Assembly (NCBI GenBank): GCA_003280575.1
Contig: QCEN01000009.1
Span: forward strand, 25 to 64,024
DNA: 64,000 bases
Origin: Prochlorococcus sp. AG-355-P07
Lineage (GTDB): Bacteria > Cyanobacteriota > Cyanobacteriia > PCC-6307 > Cyanobiaceae
Direction of reading: 5' to 3'
Under the pieces are notes generated by a model. It had not been told where the DNA came from and did no database searches. It saw only the letters and a program-made list of their open reading frames with translations. A program made the translations under genes and the position numbers. This document shows, in pieces, positions 8,952 to 19,441 of this stretch. Position 1 is the stretch's first letter; each line of letters begins with the position of its first letter.

Positions 8952-10367
8952 TTAACCCTGAACATCAAGCTTGTCGACAGTGTCAAACTCGAACTTAATT
9001 TCCTTCCAAGTTTCTAGAGCAATAGCTAATTCAGGACTATGCTTAGCAGCTTCCATAAGAATGTCTCTACTCTCTTTTTCGATTTCGCGACCAGCATTAC
9101 GTGCTTTTACGCAAGCTTCTAAAGCTACTCTGTTAGCTGCAGCTCCAGCAGCTGAACCCCATGGATGACCATGTGTTCCTCCACCGAACTGAAGGCAGGA
9201 ATCATCCCCAAAGATTGCTAAGAGTGCAGGCATATGCCAAACATGGATACCACCTGATGCGACTGCAAATACTCCAGGCATTGAACCCCAATCTTGATCA
9301 AAGAAGTTGCCTCTTGATCTATCTTCAGGAACAAATGACTCTCTTAAGTTGTCAATATAACCAAGAGTTGTTTGACGATCACCTTCTAGTTTTCCAACCA
9401 CGGTTCCAGTATGTAATTGGTCTCCTCCAGATAGTCTCAAACATTTTGCAAGAACTCTGAAGTGAATACCATGCTTTGGATGTCTATCAATAACAGCATG
9501 CATAGCTCTGTGAATATGCAGAAGCATGCCATTTTTACGACACCAATTAGCTAATCCAGTATTTGCAGTAAAACCACCAGTTATATAATCATGCATGATG
9601 ATTGGCATATCTAGCTCTTTTGCAAATTCAGCTCTTTCATAGAGTTCTTCAGGAGTGTTAGCAGTACAATTTAGATAGTGACCTTTAACTTCTCCAGTTT
9701 CTCGCTGAGCAAGCTTAACTGCTTCTGCAACAAACTCAAATCTTTCTCTCCAACGTTGGAATGGTTGAGAATTAATATTCTCATCATCCTTGGTTAAATC
9801 AAGACCGCCTCTAAGACACTCATATACAACTCGACCATAGTTTTTACCAGATAATCCTAATTTAGGTTTGATGGTACAACCAAGTAGAGGTCTTCCGTAT
9901 TTATTAAGTCGATCTCTTTCAACTACGATTCCATTTGGTGGACCACCGCAAGTTTTAATGAAAGCGATTGGGAATCTAATATCTTCTAGACGTAGATGTC
10001 TTAGAGCTTTAAATCCAAAAACATTTCCAACAAGAGATGTTAATACGTTAGTAATTGAGCCTTCTTCAAAAAGATCTAAAGGATATGCAATAAAAGCATA
10101 GAAGGCTTCAGGATCTCCAGGAACGTCTTCGATTCGATAACAACGTCCTTTATAAAATTCTAAATCTGTAAGTAACTCGGACCAAACTGTTGACCAAGTA
10201 CCTGTTGAAGATTCTGCGGCAACAGCTGCTGCAACTTCTTCTCTTGGAACACCTTCCTGACCTGTACATTTGAAACAGGCTAGTAAATCGGTGTCTAGGG
10301 GTACATATTCTGGAGTCCAGTAGGTATCTCTGTACTCCTTTACCCCTGCGTCATACTTCTTACTCAT
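8952..10367 (-). CDS. cbbL: RuBisCO large subunit (form IA)
   Basis: 471 aa, [23 protein letters not shown]...; catalytic [16 protein letters not shown] motif present. Confidence 0.98.
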   Translation of the reverse strand: MSKKYDAGVKEYRDTYWTPEYVPLDTDLLACFKCTGQEGVPREEVAAAVAAESSTGTWSTVWSELLTDLEFYKGRCYRIEDVPGDPEAFYAFIAYPLDLFEEGSITNVLTSLVGNVFGFKALRHLRLEDIRFPIAFIKTCGGPPNGIVVERDRLNKYGRPLLGCTIKPKLGLSGKNYGRVVYECLRGGLDLTKDDENINSQPFQRWRERFEFVAEAVKLAQRETGEVKGHYLNCTANTPEELYERAEFAKELDMPIIMHDYITGGFTANTGLANWCRKNGMLLHIHRAMHAVIDRHPKHGIHFRVLAKCLRLSGGDQLHTGTVVGKLEGDRQTTLGYIDNLRESFVPEDRSRGNFFDQDWGSMPGVFAVASGGIHVWHMPALLAIFGDDSCLQFGGGTHGHPWGSAAGAAANRVALEACVKARNAGREIEKESRDILMEAAKHSPELAIALETWKEIKFEFDTVDKLDVQG

Positions 10368-10436
10368 AAGGATAAATTTAGGTCTGTGTAGGGAAAATAA
10401 TTATTGTGCAAAATTTATAAATCTTGCTTTAATTAC

Positions 10437-10748
10437 TTAGTCCTTTTGACCAAGAAATTCACCGTTACCTAGAGCAGGTTCAACTTCTCTATGAGGACGA
10501 GCAATAATGTGAGCGGCAACTAAACCGTCACCAACTCTTTCGCAAGCATCAGCACCGGCTCTTACAGCTGCGTTAACTGCACCTGTTTCGCCTCTAACTA
10601 AAACTGTGACATAACCGCCACCGACGAATTCACGACCAATAAGGCGAACTTCTGCTGCCTTTGTCATTGCGTCTGCTGCTTCGATTGCAGGTACAAGTCC
10701 GCGTGTCTCGATCATGCCGAGAGCGATACCCATTGTTTCTGTAGCCAT
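10437..10748 (-). CDS. csoS1: Major carboxysome shell hexamer protein CsoS1 (BMC-H)
   Basis: 103 aa, MGIALGMIETRGLVPAIEAADAMTKAAEVRLIGRE...; canonical BMC domain. Confidence 0.97.
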   Translation of the reverse strand: MATETMGIALGMIETRGLVPAIEAADAMTKAAEVRLIGREFVGGGYVTVLVRGETGAVNAAVRAGADACERVGDGLVAAHIIARPHREVEPALGNGEFLGQKD

Positions 10749-10766
10749 TGTCTACTAAATACTAAA

Positions 10767-10780
10767 TGTGGAATGTTCAA
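10767..10780 (-). repeat. Copy A of the exact 14-nt word TTGAACATTCCACA (minus-strand reading), 19-32 nt upstream of the csoS1 ATG
   Basis: Plus strand reads tgtggaatgttcaa. Identical to the copies at 10998-11011 and 57798-57811. Confidence 0.9.
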
Positions 10781-10971
10781 TTCGAAGAATGCTTCATTAA
10801 GTACTTATAAGTCAAGCGTTTTCGACAAAATCTCCATTAATGTTTTTTCTATCATTCATAAGTTAAACTTATCACCCTTGGTACTATTGATATGTCAATA
10901 CTTATGCAAATTAGTTAGTGCATCAAAACATACTGTTGTGTTAAGAAAAAATTTACATTATGTTATTTCCG

Positions 10972-11028
10972 TACGAGACAGGCCCTGTCTATTCAGGTGT
11001 GGAATGTTCAACCTTTCCTGTCTCCGTA
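10972..11028. other. GC-rich stem-loop (GAGACAGG/CCTGTCTC, extendable to 11 bp with one bulge) whose 34-nt loop displays motif copy B
   Basis: 10975-10982 is the exact reverse complement of 11017-11024. TAC 10972-10974 pairs with GTA 11026-11028 across bulged C11025. A competing local hairpin AGACA/TGTCT lies at 10976-10990. Confidence 0.6.
10998..11011 (-). repeat. Copy B of TTGAACATTCCACA (minus-strand reading), 63-76 nt upstream of the Ham1 start
   Basis: Plus strand reads tgtggaatgttcaa. It shares a 15-mer (GTTGAACATTCCACA) with copy C. Confidence 0.9.
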
Positions 11029-11073
11029 TCAAGCTTTAAAGTAAGATAATATTCACAATATTTTTATATTATT

Positions 11074-11658
11074 TTGAACCTTCCAGTTCTAACTATTGCG
11101 AGTGGCAATCAAAGAAAGGTATCTGAAATTTCAGAAATGCTGGATGTTTTGTCTTTAAAGGTTGAGAAGCAACCAGAATATTTAAATGTCGAAGAGACTG
11201 GGAAGACATATTTTGAGAATGCTCTAATTAAAGCCAAGGCAGCTTCTCTAGAGACAAAAACTTGGGCATTGGCTGATGACTCTGGTCTTGAAGTAGATGT
11301 TTTAGATGGTCGACCAGGAATTTATTCTGCTCGATATGCCAAAAATAATGATGAGAAAATTAAAAAATTAATTAATGAACTTTCTGATAGTCCTTATAGA
11401 AGTGCAAGATTTATTAGTTGTATGGTTTTGTGCGATCCCTCAGGAAACTTAGTTAAAGATACAACAGGAATATGCTGGGGAGAAATTCTTAAGAACCCCA
11501 AATATCCTAATGGGGATTTCGAATCTATTTTTTGGGTTAAAGAAGCTAATTGTGTTTACGGTGAGCTCTCACAATCACAACTAAATAAATTAGGTAGTAG
11601 AGGTAAAGCTGCAAAAATTATGTCACCTTTTTTAAAAAAAGAGATAGGTTTAAGTTAA
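11074..11658 (+). CDS. rdgB: Ham1/RdgB family non-canonical purine NTP (dITP/XTP) pyrophosphatase
   Basis: 194 aa; LTIASGNQRKVSEI and the DDSGLEVD motif. TTG is the only canonical start in frame (in-frame stop at 11047-11049). Confidence 0.85.
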   Translation: MNLPVLTIASGNQRKVSEISEMLDVLSLKVEKQPEYLNVEETGKTYFENALIKAKAASLETKTWALADDSGLEVDVLDGRPGIYSARYAKNNDEKIKKLINELSDSPYRSARFISCMVLCDPSGNLVKDTTGICWGEILKNPKYPNGDFESIFWVKEANCVYGELSQSQLNKLGSRGKAAKIMSPFLKKEIGLS

Positions 11659-11680
11659 AAAAGTTTTAAATAAAAAATTC

Positions 11681-12451
11681 TCAATAATTTGAAATTTCTT
11701 CGATTGCTCTTATAGCAGCAGCTGCGGCTTCTTCTACATCTCCTTCTTTCCCAGCGAGAGTTAATCTACCAAAAGCGCCAACTGCCTTCACATCAACAAC
11801 AGTTATATTAGATGCTTTTTCAGCTTCATTTGCTGCTTTTAAAACATAACCAGCAGGTTCAGTTTCTAATATAAACATACTCATTCCAGATTGAATCATT
11901 GATCCACTTCTGTTTTGTCTATTTATTAAAACAGCATGATCTGGAGTAATCGCGCGAATGACTTCAGTCCAACTTGTTGAAGGTTTCGTTCTTTTTCTAA
12001 CCTCACTTCCAATAGCATCTAGAACAACATCTCCAGAATGTAAAACAGTGCTTTGATCTTTATGGTATAGAGCAAGAGAGCCAAATGCTCTTTCAACAAT
12101 CATTTGACCAAGTCTTACATTACTTGCTTTTAAGGCAATATCAGTGACTCTATGCACGGCCATCCCAGGCGAAACTTCCATCCAAAGGCATGAGTCTCCG
12201 GGTATAGGTAAAAAACCTCTACTAACCGTCCCCATATATGCAGCTAATTGAGGTTGAAGAGAATCCAAAAAAACATATGTTCTTAACTCAATTTGCTCAA
12301 CTTGACTTGCTTGTCTGGACACCAAAGACTTTTCTGAATCAGTTGTAATAAAACAGCTTGCACCACTGGCCTGAGATTGCACCTCAGATCCTGTGACAAG
12401 AGAACGGCCCTTTTTTCGTTCCCCTCTGTTTAAACTAGAAGTTGGTTCCAT
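11681..12451 (-). CDS. csoS1D: Tandem-BMC-domain carboxysome shell protein CsoS1D
   Basis: 256 aa with two degenerate BMC domains. Sequence and position (upstream of csoS1, separated by Ham1) match CsoS1D as described for Prochlorococcus. Confidence 0.85.
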   Translation of the reverse strand: MEPTSSLNRGERKKGRSLVTGSEVQSQASGASCFITTDSEKSLVSRQASQVEQIELRTYVFLDSLQPQLAAYMGTVSRGFLPIPGDSCLWMEVSPGMAVHRVTDIALKASNVRLGQMIVERAFGSLALYHKDQSTVLHSGDVVLDAIGSEVRKRTKPSTSWTEVIRAITPDHAVLINRQNRSGSMIQSGMSMFILETEPAGYVLKAANEAEKASNITVVDVKAVGAFGRLTLAGKEGDVEEAAAAAIRAIEEISNY

Positions 12452-12547
12452 TCACGCGACTATAACGGATAATGGTTCATTTTTTCTATTAAATTTACTT
12501 GCATGCTTCCCACAAAACGATAACTTCAAGTAAAGATATGCATTTTT

Positions 12548-12916
12548 ATGGGAACTTCTCAAAAAAAAGAACAAAATGTTTCTGGTTCTGAAAAAGAATT
12601 AACTCCTGATCAAACTCTTGGATTAGTTAGCTTAAGCTTAATGCAAAAACTATCTCAGAAAGACCCATCTTTAAGTTGGTTAGAAGAAGATAAAATTGAA
12701 AAAGTAAATCTTAAGAACCTCAGAGATAGATTGGAGTTAACGCAATTAGCTATAAATACTGGAGCACCTTTAACCACTTCTGAAGTCGCAGCTTTAATTG
12801 GGGCAAAGCCCGGGAAATCTAAGTTAGAAAGAGCAGGATTATTAGCAACGAAAATAGCTAGAAATGTGTGGAAGATTTCAAAAATAAGTCAAGGAAATTC
12901 CTTCTACAGAAATTAA
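12548..12916 (+). CDS. Hypothetical 122-aa protein with a possible helix-turn-helix (LTTSEVAALIGAKPG)
   Basis: ORF plus a weak HTH-like segment. Divergent from csoS1D. Confidence 0.45.
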   Translation: MGTSQKKEQNVSGSEKELTPDQTLGLVSLSLMQKLSQKDPSLSWLEEDKIEKVNLKNLRDRLELTQLAINTGAPLTTSEVAALIGAKPGKSKLERAGLLATKIARNVWKISKISQGNSFYRN

Positions 12917-13064
12917 AATACGCCTTAAAAGTTTTTTTCATAATTCCCATTTAAGTATTTAAACATTCATATAAGTTTTTTAAATGTGTTCATTTTGTAA
13001 GAGAACTTATTAATTACTTTCTTTAATTAAAAAGTTTATGCAAGCTTGAAATATTAGCTCTTGA

Positions 13065-14330
<1,266 letters not shown>

Positions 14331-14335
14331 AAACT

Positions 14336-15907
14336 ATGGAATTAACTCTTTGGACATATGAAGGACCACCACATGTTGGTGCTATGAGAATTGCCTCATC
14401 AATGAAAGACATTCATTATGTGCTTCATGCCCCCCAAGGAGATACATATGCAGATCTTCTCTTTACAATGATCGAGAGGAGGGGGCAAAGGCCTCCAGTA
14501 ACGTATACAACTTTTCAGGCAAGAGACCTTGGAGGCGATACAGCTGAATTAGTGAAGAAAAATATTAAAGAAGCGGTTGAACGATTCAAACCCAAAACTC
14601 TTTTAGTCGGTGAAAGTTGTACAGCAGAACTTATCCAAGACCAACCTGGAGCTCTAGCGAAAGGGATGGGGTTTGATATGCCGATTGTGAATCTTGAATT
14701 ACCTGCTTATAGCAAGAAAGAAAATTGGGGGGCCTCAGAAACCTTTTATCAATTAACAAGAACCCTTTTAAAAGAAAAAGTAAGCTATTCAGAGAAAATA
14801 AGTCCTCTAAGGTGGAAGGAATTTGGGCGTAGACCAAAAGTCAATATACTTGGCCCTTCATTACTAGGATTTAGATGCAGAGATGATGTAATCGAAATCC
14901 AACGCATACTTTCAGAGCAAGGAATAGATACAAACGTAGTTGCTCCATTAGGTGCTAGTCCAGATGATATAGAAAGACTAATTAATGCTGAAATAAATGT
15001 TTGTCTTTATCCAGAAATTGCGGAAGCAACATGCGACTGGCTTAAACGGAACTTTGGAATGGAATATACAAACACTATTCCAATTGGAATAAAAAATACA
15101 ATTGAATTTATAAATGAAGTTCATAAGAAATTAGATCTTCCTTTGACGAATAAAAAAGAATTAGAAAATAAATCAAAACTTCCTTGGTACTCAAAATCAG
15201 TTGACTCAAATTATCTAACTGGCAAAAGAGTTTTTATTTTTGGTGATGGAACACATGCAATCGCAGCAGCCAAAATTGCTAATGAAGAATTAGGTTTTGA
15301 AGTAGTGGGTCTTGGAACATACAGCAGGGAGATGGCCAGGCAAGTAAGAGCTACCGCAAAAGATCTAAATGTAGAAGCTCTGATAACTAACAATTACCTA
15401 GAAGTAGAGGATGCCATGAAAAAAGCCGCCCCTGAACTAGTTTTAGGTACCCAAATGGAAAGGCATAGTGCAAAAAGACTTGGCATTCCATGCTCAGTAA
15501 TTAGTACTCCAATGCATGTTCAAGATGTTCCTGCAAGATATAGCCCTCAAATGGGATGGGAAGGAGCAAATGTGATTTTTGATGACTGGGTACATCCCCT
15601 AATGATGGGCTTAGAAGAGCATCTTATTGATATGTTCAAACATGACTTTGAGTTTGTTGATGGTCATCAAAGCCATTTAGGACATACAGCGACAAACTCA
15701 AAGGATATTTTAAATTCTGACGAAAAAAAAGAAAAAAATAGTAAAGAAGGAATTATCTGGACTGAATCTGGTAGAGCTGAATTAACAAAGGTTCCATTTT
15801 TTGTAAGAAGTAAAGTTAAAACAAATACTGAAAAATACGCAATCTTGAGAGGAATTCCAGAGATAAGCGATGAAACACTTTATGATGCCAAAGCATATTT
15901 CAGTTAA
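14336..15907 (+). CDS. chlB: Light-independent protochlorophyllide reductase subunit B
   Basis: 523 aa, [48 protein letters not shown]; textbook ChlB. Confidence 0.95.
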   Translation: MELTLWTYEGPPHVGAMRIASSMKDIHYVLHAPQGDTYADLLFTMIERRGQRPPVTYTTFQARDLGGDTAELVKKNIKEAVERFKPKTLLVGESCTAELIQDQPGALAKGMGFDMPIVNLELPAYSKKENWGASETFYQLTRTLLKEKVSYSEKISPLRWKEFGRRPKVNILGPSLLGFRCRDDVIEIQRILSEQGIDTNVVAPLGASPDDIERLINAEINVCLYPEIAEATCDWLKRNFGMEYTNTIPIGIKNTIEFINEVHKKLDLPLTNKKELENKSKLPWYSKSVDSNYLTGKRVFIFGDGTHAIAAAKIANEELGFEVVGLGTYSREMARQVRATAKDLNVEALITNNYLEVEDAMKKAAPELVLGTQMERHSAKRLGIPCSVISTPMHVQDVPARYSPQMGWEGANVIFDDWVHPLMMGLEEHLIDMFKHDFEFVDGHQSHLGHTATNSKDILNSDEKKEKNSKEGIIWTESGRAELTKVPFFVRSKVKTNTEKYAILRGIPEISDETLYDAKAYFS

Positions 15908-16096
15908 TTTTTACAAATAAAATATAATTAAGTCATGAGTATTTTCACTCATAATCTAATAGATTTAATCCTGAAAATTCAATTATAAGAAAATTTTCCC
16001 CGCTTTTAATACAATTAAATACATATTTGTTTAGAAATATATTTCATGTGTATCTTCGCTGCAAGAATAGAAATAATAACGTGTTTAAAGCTTTAA

Positions 16097-16985
<889 letters not shown>

Positions 16986-16991
16986 TCTTAA

Positions 16992-18002
16992 TTAATCTAA
17001 TCCAACCAATTGGCTTGTTAAATCATAAGTTTGTTGAGAGGTCTTAGTATCAATTATTCTTTTTGACAACTTTTGAGAAAAAGCTTTTCTGCCGGTTTTC
17101 TGACGATTTCCCCAGCTCCAATGGACTGATGGTTTAGCAAATTCTTTATAAGTTGCCACTTTAGCGACCCTCTCTCCTGCCAGTCTTTGTGAAACATATC
17201 CTTTTGTTATGAATTTTTGAAATATCGGGAAAAGGAATCTAAATAACCAAGGTGTATCTCTAAAAAGTTTTGTATCAGCAACACATCCAGGATATAGAGA
17301 ATTTACAATAATATTCTCTGCAGGATATCTTTTTGATAATTCTTGAACGGTCACCATATTGCAAAGTTTACTATCCTTATAAGCCTTACCAGGCTTAAAT
17401 TTCTTTCCATTCGCCATACTTATGGGAGATAAAAAACCATTTTTGAATCCAGATAAATCTCCCAAATCAGCTGGGGCAGGGATGGGGATCCTTCCTCCAA
17501 GTTCTGAATAATTAGCCGTAACAGTCCCTAATACTGTAATTCTTGGCTTGAATACAGTAAATTTGCCATTTAAAATAATTTCTCTCTCAGAAGATAAAAT
17601 ATTATTCATAAGTAGGTTTATCATAAGAAAATGCCCAAAATGATTTACTGCCATAGAGTTTTCAAACCCCTGAGCAGACCTTTCAGGTCTTTTTAGTCTA
17701 GGCTTATAAACTGCTGCGTTACAAATAAGAGAATTTATAGGCTTCTTAAATCTTTCCAATATTTCATCGCAACCTTTTCTCACATCATCCAAGTTAGAAA
17801 GATCTATTTCAATAAAGTGAACATTTTTAACTTCTTCTTTTGTCAAGGATTCCTCAGCTATTTTTATAGCTCTTATATTTGATCGATTAACTGCTATAAC
17901 CTCCCATCCAAATCTCAAAAGAGGTTTTAGAGTATTTAATCCAACTCCTGAAGTTGTTCCTGTTATTAGGACTAAACCCTTAATGTTCTCTCTCACTAGC
18001 AA
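16992..18002 (-). CDS. por: Light-dependent protochlorophyllide oxidoreductase (LPOR), SDR family
   Basis: 336 aa; ITGTTSGVGL NADPH motif and YKDSK catalytic motif. Confidence 0.9.
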   Translation of the reverse strand: MLVRENIKGLVLITGTTSGVGLNTLKPLLRFGWEVIAVNRSNIRAIKIAEESLTKEEVKNVHFIEIDLSNLDDVRKGCDEILERFKKPINSLICNAAVYKPRLKRPERSAQGFENSMAVNHFGHFLMINLLMNNILSSEREIILNGKFTVFKPRITVLGTVTANYSELGGRIPIPAPADLGDLSGFKNGFLSPISMANGKKFKPGKAYKDSKLCNMVTVQELSKRYPAENIIVNSLYPGCVADTKLFRDTPWLFRFLFPIFQKFITKGYVSQRLAGERVAKVATYKEFAKPSVHWSWGNRQKTGRKAFSQKLSKRIIDTKTSQQTYDLTSQLVGLD

Positions 18003-18050
18003 AAAAGTTAATTGAAAAATGAAAAGTAGAATGATTCAAGATCATTCTTA

Positions 18051-18398
18051 TCAACGCCATATTACTCTGATATTGTCCCTAGAAATTATTTGATCCTGAT
18101 CCTTCATAAATCTTTGCTCACCTTCAGAAGAAAATAAATCATCAAACCTATTTGTTAAGACATTGAATCGATATTTTTCGTATGAAAATGAGTCTTGAAT
18201 TTCCCTCAGCCTTGTTAATCTAACTTTGGAGCTATACCCAAGTTTAAATAAACTTATTAGTGCTAAAAGGGAAAAGCAAATTTTTATACTCAAAAAAACT
18301 AAAGTTACAAAATTTGCCTGTTTCTGTTGCTTTTTTTTAAATGCAGAACCAAGGTATTTTTTGTAAAAATTTCTGTTTTTATAAGAAGATTTTGACAA
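18051..18398 (-). CDS. Hypothetical single-pass membrane protein, possibly septum-formation-initiator (FtsB/DivIC)-like
   Basis: 115 aa with a basic N-terminus, one TM segment and a coiled-coil-like C-terminus. TTG start. Assignment is tentative. Confidence 0.4.
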   Translation of the reverse strand: MSKSSYKNRNFYKKYLGSAFKKKQQKQANFVTLVFLSIKICFSLLALISLFKLGYSSKVRLTRLREIQDSFSYEKYRFNVLTNRFDDLFSSEGEQRFMKDQDQIISRDNIRVIWR

Positions 18399-18481
18399 AT
18401 TTTGTTATTGAATACTAGCTGGATAACTCAATTCAGTCTCACTATATTATTACCTTAAATATATAAATTTTCTAATAAATT

Positions 18482-18586
18482 TTAGTTTCTACCTAAACTA
18501 ATTCCTAACCTGAGAGCTAAAACTCCTGCATGCATAACTACTATCAGGCTTAGTGCAATTAAATTTATTGTTTGAGTTTGCTCCAT
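18482..18586 (-). CDS. psaM: Photosystem I subunit XII (PsaM), 34 aa; not in the ORF track
   Basis: My manual translation gives [34 protein letters not shown]. It has a single TM helix, and the HAGVLALRL pattern is as I recall for marine picocyanobacterial PsaM. Confidence 0.7.
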   Translation of the reverse strand: MEQTQTINLIALSLIVVMHAGVLALRLGISLGRN

Positions 18587-18688
18587 TGTGAAAAAAAATA
18601 TTTCCTATATTCTCCACCCAAAAGAGTGAATTTGACACACTATTACAAAATGATGTTACGTAATTAATAAATTGAAAGAAAAAATTTA

Positions 18689-19429
18689 TTGAAAATTATT
18701 ATAAATAGACCTACAAAGTTAATTTTGAGAATAGCAAATCAAGCTTTAATTTTTTCGACAAATAATTTATCAGGATTTGATCAAATGGCTTTAGATTTAA
18801 ATTTTTTAGATCAGACTATTTCTAATCCTGAAATAATTCTCACATTGAGATTCTACTATTGGACTGGGGATTGGCTTTCAGTTGGCTATCACCAAAAGGA
18901 AATCCCTCCTCATTGGAAAAAATTATTGATTAATAAGGAAATTAATATTGTAAGACGTCCTTCAGGAGGGGGAGCTGTTTTGCATTCAGGGGGCATAACA
19001 TATGCATTAACATTTAAAAAAACTCACTATAAAATCCTAAGTTATGAAATGGTAAATAATTGGTTAATTAAAAGTTTTAGAGAATTAGGTCTAAACTTGC
19101 AAAATGGTAATTTAACAAAATCACCCATAACAAATAATTGTTTTGGGACTTCACTAATTTCTGATTTAGTTGATCAGGATGGGGTCAAAAGGATAGGAAG
19201 TGCCCAATATCGTAAAAAAGGTGCATTCCTTCAACATGGAGAGATTCAAACAAATCCTCCAAAAGATTTATGGTTTAAATTATTTAAAGAAGAAGCTCCA
19301 CCAAAAATAAATTTAGACCTCACAAATGATGAAATAGTTCAACATTTAAGAAATTCATTTCTAGAGAATAAATCAAACATAAAGTTCAAGAATATTTCCA
19401 TAGATAATAAAATATTAGGAAAATTTTAA
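18689..19429 (+). CDS. Lipoate-protein ligase A-like (biotin/lipoate A/B ligase family) protein
   Basis: RRPSGGGAVLHSGGITYAL and KRIGSAQ motifs. Start uncertain (TTG at 18689). Confidence 0.7.
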   Translation: MKIIINRPTKLILRIANQALIFSTNNLSGFDQMALDLNFLDQTISNPEIILTLRFYYWTGDWLSVGYHQKEIPPHWKKLLINKEINIVRRPSGGGAVLHSGGITYALTFKKTHYKILSYEMVNNWLIKSFRELGLNLQNGNLTKSPITNNCFGTSLISDLVDQDGVKRIGSAQYRKKGAFLQHGEIQTNPPKDLWFKLFKEEAPPKINLDLTNDEIVQHLRNSFLENKSNIKFKNISIDNKILGKF

Positions 19430-19441
19430 TGACACGGATTC

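Noticed and set aside
8971-10101. Three plus-strand ORFs (65-99 aa) antisense to cbbL, and similar antisense ORFs inside csoS4A, csoS2, accA, aar, rpoD, tal, ftsI and others
   Set aside because: All lie wholly inside well-supported genes on the other strand, have no recognisable domains and show odd composition. They are typical shadow ORFs; those in cbbL arise from its higher GC and strong codon bias.
10952-10969. HLR1-like (RpaB) direct repeat TTTACATT-AT-GTTATTTC in the cso control region
   Set aside because: The first half is a perfect match, but the second half matches only 5 of 8 consensus positions. Such words are common in AT-rich DNA, so it is not supportable without comparative data.
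10773-11039. 88-aa plus-strand ORF filling the csoS1/Ham1 spacer
   Set aside because: It has no recognisable domain and a low-complexity hydrophobic composition. It begins and nearly ends inside the two motif copies (MFNS.../...GMFNLS), so its apparent length is a by-product of the repeat and of the AT-rich sequence. It is more plausibly non-coding control region.
10766-11044. Short-peptide readings of the 14-nt word. One strand gives (A/G/T)TG-TGG-AAT-GTT-CAA = M-W-N-V-Q at all three copies. The other gives TTG-AAC-ATT-CCA = M-N-I-P, with copies A and B both continuing His-Leu through synonymous codons and resembling the Ham1 N-terminus MNLPVL. At priA, a 13-codon uORF ends in TGA overlapping the priA TTG.
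   Set aside because: The resulting ORFs are only 11-22 codons long, diverge completely after 5-6 residues, mostly use non-ATG starts and have no SD. Identity is at the nucleotide level over exactly 14-15 nt, which fits a DNA/RNA element better than a peptide. The His-Leu coincidence is worth remembering but is not enough to call coding sequence.
15935-15952. ATGAGT-N6-ACTCAT hairpin after chlB, considered as a terminator
   Set aside because: The stem is only 6 bp and mostly A/T, with no following T-run. It is too weak to call.
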